From Octopus bimaculoides (Eukaryota), in assembly GCF_001194135.2 (NCBI RefSeq), contig NC_069008.1, positions 18,405,390-18,469,389 of the forward strand: a DNA stretch of 64,000 nt, written 5' to 3'. Positions 61,133 through 64,000 of this stretch are shown in pieces. The notes below the pieces were generated by a model that was not told where the DNA came from, made no database searches, and saw only the letters and a program-made list of their open reading frames with translations. Both the position numbers and the translations under genes were made by a program. How positions within the stretch are numbered: position 1 is the first letter of the stretch; each line of letters starts with the position of its first letter.

Positions 61133-62793
61133 TAAAGTAAACAGAAAATGGAGAAATATTGACTTCCATCAATTATTACTTTTTAATTCAATACAAATAC
61201 ATGGAGTTAAGTCAATTTTTATTGATCAATATTTCTCCATTTTCTGTTTACTTTAAATTTGATTGCTGATAAACTCCTGCTTTAAGGATTTCATCTGCTG
61301 TTGTCATTGGTCGCACACACACACACAACATCAGGCACCCCTCTATCACCTACAAATATGATCATTATATAAGTTTGGTCTCTTGAAATGTCAAGACATC
61401 ACAGATTTTTCCATTAGATCTTTTTCTTTATTATATAATCGGTATTTTGTGCTCCATTAAAATATATGCCGCAAGCCCGACTGTGCATGTCTACCTTGTA
61501 TCTCTATACAGAAATAGATAGCATCCTATCGAGTTCAAATCCCATGCTGGTATATGTTACACATACATATAAGGCTGTTCATAGTTTCCTTTTTCAATCT
61601 ACAGAGAAACAGTTAAATTTACCTGTTCATATAACAACTACATAGGTGACATATATTAACATACATACATAGGTGTGTGTGTGTGTGTGTGTGCGCGTGC
61701 ATGCATGCGTGTTGGTACAGGCATGGAAGTGTGGTAAAGCAGTTCACTTTCCAACCCTGTGGTTTTGAGATCAATCTCATTGCATGACAACTTGGCCAAC
61801 AGTCTTCCATCACATGCTATAGTGTCCGACAGTGATCCATAGGTCCTATAGAATGTTTTGGGTGTTCTACAATGTTCTGTAGTATTCCATAGTGTACGAG
61901 ATCAAACTCACCATCGTTAAGACATCAAGGAGTCCAATGGGGACAGGTAAATGTTTTAAACGAGCAACAACGAGGTCAATGAATAACTGCAACATGTTGT
62001 TGATTCCTTCTTGAATCTCAGACGTCCACCGATGGACTGCAGGGTATGTCATCAGCTGGAACATAGAAAGAGAGATATAACTGGATGTACATAAATACAT
62101 ATTTATTTCTTTATTGCTCACAGGGAGCTAAACATAGAGGGGACAAACAAGGACAGACAGAGGGATTAAGTTGATTACATCGACCCCAGTGCATAACTGG
62201 TACTTATTTAATCGCCCCTGAAAGGATGAAAGGCAAAGTCGGCCTCAGCAAAATTTGAACTCAGAATGAAATACAGGCAGACGAAATACCGCTAAGAATT
62301 TCACCAAAATATCAATGTTGTTCTCCTGCTTTTATAAATATGTTGTGTCTTGGAAAATTCTTTCAAAAGGCAGAAGTCTGTGACCTGAGGCCTATCCCCA
62401 CCCCTCACCACAGTGCCACTCCACCCATGACTTCCAAGTTACACAACAGAACTGGGTTAATCTGGGAGAATTGCACATCACAGCATGACATTGCTGGGGG
62501 GGGGGGGTGCTCGGAAATATAGACAAGATGGTCGTGGTTGGTATGTTGTGACCATGGTTCTGGTCAAGACAACAAGAACAGCATCACAAATCAGATAAGT
62601 TATCAAAAGATAGTCAAAGCTGCTGGCAACAATGTTGATGGGATTTGGATTACGTGGTGGTGGGCACAGGATATAACGAGAGAGAGAGAGAGAGAGAGGT
62701 AAATGCATATGGAAGATGAGTTTACCTTTTTAAAAGCTTCCGGCATACATTGTGTCATGAAGCGCTTACAGTGTTCATTGGTGTCAGCAAACC
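1845..62793 (-). CDS. USP24: Ubiquitin carboxyl-terminal hydrolase 24 orthologue (USP9X/USP24/USP34 family, peptidase C19); multi-exon, 5'- and 3'-truncated by the window
   Basis: 54 GT-AG exons join in one frame (junctions of exon 27 partly hidden by a gap). Peptides match my recollection of vertebrate USP24 rather than USP9X, e.g. [68 protein letters not shown]. Orthology is from recall, not a database search. Confidence 0.92.
2008..2121 (-). CDS. USP24: USP24 exon 53 (114 nt)
   Basis: AAG| acceptor, |GTAAG donor; [38 protein letters not shown]. Confidence 0.92.
2387..2505 (-). CDS. USP24: USP24 exon 52 (119 nt)
   Basis: CAG|..|GTGAG; [39 protein letters not shown]; phase 1 start fits exon 51. 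Confidence 0.88.
2992..3103 (-). CDS. USP24: USP24 exon 51 (112 nt)
   Basis: TAG|..|GTAGG; [37 protein letters not shown]. Confidence 0.93.
3687..3916. mobile_element. piggyBac-like MITE (TTAA-CCCTT...AAGGG-TGAA)
   Basis: CCCTTTC...GAAAGGG termini with TTAA and a degenerate TGAA flank. Confidence 0.5.
4039..4125 (-). CDS. USP24: USP24 exon 50 (87 nt)
   Basis: CAG|..|GTAGG; [29 protein letters not shown]. Confidence 0.9.
4418..4537 (-). CDS. USP24: USP24 exon 49 (120 nt)
   Basis: CAG|..|GTAAG; [40 protein letters not shown]. Confidence 0.93.
5319..5418 (-). CDS. USP24: USP24 exon 48 (100 nt)
   Basis: TAG|..|GTGAG; [33 protein letters not shown]. Confidence 0.93.
5540..6310 (-). mobile_element. 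Heavily decayed DNA-transposon ORF, possibly hAT-like
   Basis: Stop- and frameshift-ridden minus-strand frame: [21 protein letters not shown], ..[20 protein letters not shown]; resemblance from memory only. Confidence 0.4.
6486..6599 (-). CDS. USP24: USP24 exon 47 (114 nt)
   Basis: CAG|..|GTAAG; [37 protein letters not shown]. Confidence 0.92.
6870..6973 (-). CDS. USP24: USP24 exon 46 (104 nt)
   Basis: CAG|..|GTAAG; [34 protein letters not shown]. Confidence 0.92.
7218..7527 (-). mobile_element. Mariner (Tc1/mariner) transposase C-terminal remnant with probable TIR remnant
   Basis: [38 protein letters not shown] (YSPDL motif); AAAAGTTCATAGGCTGAC near 7228 resembles a mariner TIR. Confidence 0.75.
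7528..7576. repeat. (ACA)n microsatellite just inside the donor of exon 45
   Basis: Direct reading. Confidence 0.9.
7585..7783 (-). CDS. USP24: USP24 exon 45 (199 nt)
   Basis: TAG|..|GTAAG; [33 protein letters not shown]...[13 protein letters not shown]. Confidence 0.95.
8152..8290 (-). CDS. USP24: USP24 exon 44 (139 nt)
   Basis: CAG|..|GTAAG; [32 protein letters not shown]... Confidence 0.95.
8873..8920. repeat. (AT)n microsatellite; similar tracts near 11168, 39787, 40615, 48423, 52812 and 61083
   Basis: Direct reading; boundaries approximate. Confidence 0.9.
8987..9126 (-). CDS. USP24: USP24 exon 43 (140 nt), FND motif (Asp codon 9075-9077)
   Basis: CAG|..|GTAAG; [23 protein letters not shown]...[14 protein letters not shown]. 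Confidence 0.96.
9992..10266 (-). CDS. USP24: USP24 exon 42 (275 nt), His box; catalytic His codon 10018-10020
   Basis: TAG|..|GTGAG; [11 protein letters not shown]...[25 protein letters not shown]. Confidence 0.97.
10800..10852. repeat. Perfect inverted repeat, 26-bp arms, 1-nt centre
   Basis: ATCCAATTAAACCTTGGGAGAGGCAT-T-ATGCCTCTCCCAAGGTTTAATTGGAT. Confidence 0.97.
11475..11594 (-). CDS. USP24: USP24 exon 41 (120 nt)
   Basis: CAG|..|GTAGG; [40 protein letters not shown]. Confidence 0.96.
12393..12531 (-). CDS. USP24: USP24 exon 40 (139 nt)
   Basis: AAG| acceptor, |GTAAA donor; [46 protein letters not shown]. Confidence 0.94.
14421..15370 (-). mobile_element. 5'-truncated RTE LINE with 3' UTR and (ATG)n tail, interrupted by an N gap
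   Basis: [46 protein letters not shown]; 3' end ...CCATGCTAGCATGGAAAGCGGACGTTAAACGATGATGATG. Confidence 0.88.
14692..15016. other. Assembly gap (325 N)
   Basis: Run of N inside an RTE copy. Confidence 0.99.
15549..15631 (-). CDS. USP24: USP24 exon 39 (83 nt)
   Basis: CAG|..|GTATG; [27 protein letters not shown]. Confidence 0.95.
16746..16926 (-). CDS. USP24: USP24 exon 38 (181 nt), QQDA box
   Basis: CAG|..|GTAAG; [27 protein letters not shown]...[22 protein letters not shown]. Confidence 0.97.
17097..17257 (-). CDS. USP24: USP24 exon 37 (161 nt), Cys box; catalytic Cys codon 17189-17191
   Basis: CAG|..|GTAAG; [34 protein letters not shown]... Confidence 0.97.
18067..18211 (-). CDS. USP24: USP24 exon 36 (145 nt)
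   Basis: CAG|..|GTAAG; [17 protein letters not shown]...[17 protein letters not shown]. Confidence 0.94.
19917..20031 (-). CDS. USP24: USP24 exon 35 (115 nt)
   Basis: CAG|..|GTAAG; [37 protein letters not shown]. Confidence 0.94.
20305..20490 (-). CDS. USP24: USP24 exon 34 (186 nt)
   Basis: CAG|..|GTAAG; [21 protein letters not shown]...[23 protein letters not shown]. Confidence 0.94.
21588..21649 (-). CDS. USP24: USP24 exon 33 (62 nt)
   Basis: CAG|..|GTAAG; [20 protein letters not shown]. Confidence 0.93.
22150..22440 (+). repeat. Cluster of partial copies of the 'TGTAGTCCTAGATACAC' interspersed repeat
   Basis: GGACACATTAGATGATGTAGTCCTAGATACAC occurs about three times; the family recurs near 23150-23290, 30790-31050, 55700-55870 and 57740-57990. 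Confidence 0.65.
22567..22807 (-). CDS. USP24: USP24 exon 32 (241 nt)
   Basis: TAG|..|GTGGG; [20 protein letters not shown]...[15 protein letters not shown]. Confidence 0.94.
23550..23847 (+). mobile_element. SINE or short LINE copy with RTE-type 3' end and (ATG)n tail
   Basis: GGAAGGGCATCCAGCTGTAGAAAC...CCAACCCATGCCAGTATGGAAAGCGGATGTTAAACGATGATGATG; related copies near 1400-1720 (+) and 36700-36905 (-). Confidence 0.7.
24009..24164 (-). CDS. USP24: USP24 exon 31 (156 nt)
   Basis: CAG|..|GTAAG; [51 protein letters not shown]. Confidence 0.95.
25531..25684 (-). CDS. USP24: USP24 exon 30 (154 nt)
   Basis: CAG|..|GTAAT; [38 protein letters not shown]... Confidence 0.95.
26872..27013 (-). CDS. 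USP24: USP24 exon 29 (142 nt)
   Basis: TAG|..CAG|GTACC; [19 protein letters not shown]...GAGSRALQ. Confidence 0.88.
28303..28496 (-). CDS. USP24: USP24 exon 28 (194 nt)
   Basis: CAG|..|GTAAG; [32 protein letters not shown]...[12 protein letters not shown]. Confidence 0.95.
28924..29501. other. Assembly gap (578 N) hiding USP24 coding sequence
   Basis: Run of N. Confidence 0.99.
29502..29587 (-). CDS. USP24: USP24 exon 27, 5' part only (3' end lost in N gap)
   Basis: Acceptor CTTTCTTAATTAG|; open in phase 0: [28 protein letters not shown], then runs into Ns. Confidence 0.6.
30554..30638 (-). CDS. USP24: USP24 exon 26 (85 nt)
   Basis: CAG|..|GTGAG; [28 protein letters not shown]. Confidence 0.94.
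31399..31484 (-). CDS. USP24: USP24 exon 25 (86 nt)
   Basis: CAG|..|GTAAG; [28 protein letters not shown]. Confidence 0.95.
32862..32906 (-). CDS. USP24: USP24 exon 24 (45 nt)
   Basis: TTCCTTCCAG|..CAG|GTGAG; [15 protein letters not shown] leading into EKMLPG. Confidence 0.8.
33901..33927 (-). CDS. USP24: Candidate USP24 microexon (27 nt, phase 0-0)
   Basis: Branch-like TACTCAC, CTCTCTTTAATCTTTCCAG| acceptor, CAG|GTAAAC donor; IQECLRLDQ in frame. Confidence 0.55.
35977..36093 (-). CDS. USP24: USP24 exon 23 (117 nt)
   Basis: CAG|..|GTAAG; [39 protein letters not shown]. Confidence 0.93.
37352..37450 (-). CDS. USP24: USP24 exon 22 (99 nt; putative internal ubiquitin-like domain)
   Basis: TAG|..|GTAAG; [33 protein letters not shown]. 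Confidence 0.93.
37757..37934 (-). CDS. USP24: USP24 exon 21 (178 nt)
   Basis: TAG|..|GTCAG; [59 protein letters not shown]. Confidence 0.95.
39217..39294 (-). CDS. USP24: Candidate USP24 alternative cassette exon (78 nt, phase 2-2)
   Basis: TTTTCTGTCTCTTTCTCAG| acceptor, CG|GTATGT donor; open in the required frame: (N)[25 protein letters not shown](R). No homology recognised. Confidence 0.6.
41166..41278 (-). CDS. USP24: USP24 exon 20 (113 nt, ends phase 2)
   Basis: CAG|..|GTAAG; [37 protein letters not shown]. Confidence 0.9.
41501..41554 (-). CDS. USP24: USP24 exon 19 (54 nt)
   Basis: CAG|..|GTTAG; [18 protein letters not shown]. Confidence 0.92.
42470..42610 (-). CDS. USP24: USP24 exon 18 (141 nt)
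   Basis: CAG|..|GTATA; [47 protein letters not shown]. Confidence 0.94.
43518..43600 (-). CDS. USP24: USP24 exon 17 (83 nt)
   Basis: TAG|..|GTGAG; [27 protein letters not shown]. Confidence 0.92.
45331..45442 (-). CDS. USP24: USP24 exon 16 (112 nt)
   Basis: TAG|..|GTCAG; [37 protein letters not shown](G). Confidence 0.94.
45693..46030 (+). mobile_element. tRNA-derived SINE
   Basis: TGGTTCAGTGATTAG (A-box-like), GAGTTCAATTC (B-box-like), core GTGTTCTTGAGCAAGACACTT; related copy near 34385. Confidence 0.7.
46627..46758 (-). CDS. USP24: USP24 exon 15 (132 nt)
   Basis: CAG|..|GTGAG; [44 protein letters not shown]. Confidence 0.94.
47310..47760 (+). mobile_element. Two tandem copies of the abundant SINE family 'GTCGACTTTGCCTTTCATCCTTTCGGGGTCGATAAA'
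   Basis: Same motif in the opposite orientation near 1200-1383, 12630-12800, 33283-33665 and 62120-62310. Confidence 0.7.
48000..48143 (-). CDS. USP24: USP24 exon 14 (144 nt)
   Basis: CAG|..|GTATT; [48 protein letters not shown]. Confidence 0.93.
48585..48668 (-). CDS. USP24: USP24 exon 13 (84 nt)
   Basis: CAG|..|GTAAG; [28 protein letters not shown]. Confidence 0.92.
50510..51050. mobile_element. Non-autonomous TIR DNA element (MITE), 541 bp, 8-bp TSD; Merlin-, hAT- or P-like
   Basis: Perfect 28-bp TIR GGATCTAGTTTAAAACGGGGGCACCAGT at 50510-50537 and 51023-51050; TSD GAATTTAT at 50502-50509 and 51051-51058. Confidence 0.9.
50670..50679. other. Assembly gap (10 N) abutting TAACCC repeats
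   Basis: Run of N. Confidence 0.99.
51823..51984 (-). CDS. USP24: USP24 exon 12 (162 nt)
   Basis: CAG|..|GTATG; [54 protein letters not shown]. Confidence 0.96.
53537..53632 (-). CDS. USP24: USP24 exon 11 (96 nt)
   Basis: CAG|..|GTCAG; [32 protein letters not shown]. Confidence 0.93.
53798..53905 (-). CDS. USP24: USP24 exon 10 (108 nt)
   Basis: CAG|..|GTTAG; [36 protein letters not shown]. Confidence 0.93.
54430..54630 (+). mobile_element. RTE-clade LINE ORF2 C-terminal fragment
   Basis: [55 protein letters not shown]. Confidence 0.88.
55220..55323 (-). CDS. USP24: USP24 exon 9 (104 nt)
   Basis: CAG|..|GTAAA; [34 protein letters not shown]. Confidence 0.95.
55907..56018 (-). CDS. USP24: USP24 exon 8 (112 nt)
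   Basis: CAG|..|GTAAG; [37 protein letters not shown](G). Confidence 0.93.
56867..56992. repeat. 16-bp minisatellite (AACACACTGGACAGTG) x ~7.9
   Basis: Direct reading; one substitution in the first unit. Confidence 0.95.
57097..57255 (-). CDS. USP24: USP24 exon 7 (159 nt)
   Basis: CAG|..|GTAAC; [16 protein letters not shown]...[24 protein letters not shown]. Confidence 0.95.
58178..58318 (-). CDS. USP24: USP24 exon 6 (141 nt)
   Basis: CAG|..|GTAAG; [47 protein letters not shown]. Confidence 0.93.
58810..58875 (-). CDS. USP24: USP24 exon 5 (66 nt)
   Basis: TAG|..|GTAAG; [22 protein letters not shown]. Confidence 0.88.
59220..59522 (-). mobile_element. tRNA-derived SINE, near full length
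   Basis: Minus strand: A-box-like TTGTGGTTAGG, core GTGTTCTTGAGCAAAGCACTT, 3' end GTCGACAGTAGGAGAGTCC plus (TA)n; 3' ~135 bp also at 13986-14118. Confidence 0.7.
59695..59730 (-). CDS. USP24: USP24 exon 4 (36 nt)
   Basis: TAG|..|GTAAG; [12 protein letters not shown]. Confidence 0.9.
59768..59976. mobile_element. piggyBac-like MITE (TTAA-CCCTTTAGCATT...AATGTTGAAGGG-TTGA)
   Basis: Imperfect short TIRs with TTAA-like flanks; a solo end AATGCTAAAGGGTTA occurs near 39160. Confidence 0.5.
60850..60975 (-). CDS. USP24: USP24 exon 3 (126 nt)
   Basis: TAG|..|GTAAG; [42 protein letters not shown]. Confidence 0.92.
61912..62055 (-). CDS. USP24: USP24 exon 2 (144 nt)
   Basis: CAG|..|GTGAG; [48 protein letters not shown]. 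Confidence 0.95.
62726..62793 (-). CDS. USP24: USP24 exon 1 of window (68 nt)
   Basis: CAG|GG..AAG|GTAAA; (G)[22 protein letters not shown]. Confidence 0.92.
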
Positions 62794-63029
62794 CTGGAAT
62801 GGAGAAGAATGAGGTGAAGGAGAGTGGAGAGCTTGGATGTAACCCTTACTATGAGGGTTAAAAGGGGACTGGAAGGACATCTGGTCATGAAACACTGCAT
62901 CAGAGAAATCGTCCAACCCCTACCAGCAAGAAAAACAAACATAAAATACAAATGATTTCAAGGATACATTCAGTGTTGGGCCTCATGTATGAGAAGAAGA
63001 CCCGTCAAGCCGAGCAAAATCGCAGTCCT

Positions 63030-63745
63030 TTCTTTGATATTGCTGCACCTCTTATGTGTCCATAGCTTACACCAGGTACATCTTATGCAGTTTCTACCCA
63101 CGCCTTTTCTACAGATCAAGCAAGGCCATCTACATGAAGGGAATTGTGGTTTGTCTACCTTCCTACTTTGGTTTTTGCTAGATTAACTCTAAGGCCCTTC
63201 GATTCTAGACTTTGCTTTCATACCTGAAACTTCTCCTCTAGTTCTGATAGTGAATCAGCTATTAGACCAAGGTCACTGGCATAGAAAAGCTCCCAGGAAT
63301 ATCCTGTCTTGAATTCCTGTTATTGGCTGTAGGACTATAATGTATAAGAGGGGGCTGAGGACTGATCCTTTCTTGGTGGACCCTTACCCCTACCTGGAAT
63401 TCTTCACTGTACTTGTTGCCAACCCTCACCTTACTGACAGCCTCTCTGTACATGGCTTGTACAGCTCTCACTAACCACTTATCTATCCCTAGTTTCTGCA
63501 TTGACCACCAGATAAGGGATCGGGGGACCCTGTTAAAGGCTTTCTCCATATCAACGAAAGCCAGGTACAGAAGTTTATCTTTGGCTAGGTATTTCTCCTG
63601 CAGCTGTCTTACCAGAAATATAGCATCAGTGGTGCTTTTCCCTGGCACAAACCCAAACTGCATCTCATCTAGACTCACTCTCTCCCTAATTAGTTGGGCT
63701 ATGACCCTCTCCATGACTTTCATTACATGATCCAACAACTTTCAT
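63030..63745 (-). mobile_element. RTE-clade LINE ORF2 fragment (reverse transcriptase), inactive
   Basis: QFGFVPGKSTTDAIF, LAFVDMEKAFNRVPR; after a frameshift WELFYASDL (YADD decayed), LRVNLAKTKV, and a Cys-rich PCLICRKGVG..CTWCKLWTHKRC segment. Confidence 0.9.
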
Positions 63746-63877
63746 ATCTTGGCATTTGAAGCAGTTGGACATAGGATAGTTTGACCAAAAGAACCGGCTA
63801 TTGCATGCTAAATTAAATATAGAAAAAAACGCATTTGGCCAAATTTGGACATACAACAGTTTAACATAATAGCAACA

Positions 63878-63917
<40 letters not shown>

Positions 63918-64000
63918 GCATGCATATACACGCACATCCTTAGCATCTTTTTTACAACTTCTCTGGTGTTGATGCCATGATTAAAATGTATCCCAAACAC

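Noticed and set aside
1-64000. Prokaryotic-type systems (CRISPR, operons, defence islands) or a second protein-coding gene
   Set aside because: The sequence is a spliced eukaryotic locus. The other ORFs in the track come from microsatellites, N runs, antisense frames of USP24 exons, or transposon remnants.

Overview
Eukaryotic genomic DNA: AT-rich, intron-dense, loaded with SINEs, RTE LINE fragments and microsatellites, with three N gaps. The repeat families look like octopus (probably Octopus bimaculoides; this is inference). Almost the whole window is the internal part of one minus-strand gene, an orthologue of the large deubiquitinase USP24. I reconstructed 54 GT-AG coding exons by hand (62793 down to 1845, about 6.65 kb, about 2,200 codons). 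Every junction I could check is phase-consistent, the catalytic Cys, His and Asp boxes are intact, the N- and C-termini lie outside the window, and one exon runs into an assembly gap. I found no prokaryotic system, CRISPR array or RNA gene. The best leads are: (1) a frame-preserving 78-nt candidate cassette exon; (2) a 27-nt candidate microexon, the two bracketing the exons of the putative internal ubiquitin-like domain; (3) a ~97%-identical intronic foldback palindrome (50254-51384) into which a 541-bp element with perfect 28-bp TIRs, an 8-bp TSD and internal TTAGGG repeats has inserted; (4) a perfect 26-bp-arm palindrome at 10800-10852; (5) an exon-to-poly-Cys-to-mariner read-through ORF. 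Coordinates were counted manually: exon boundaries were length- and phase-checked, repeat boundaries are approximate.
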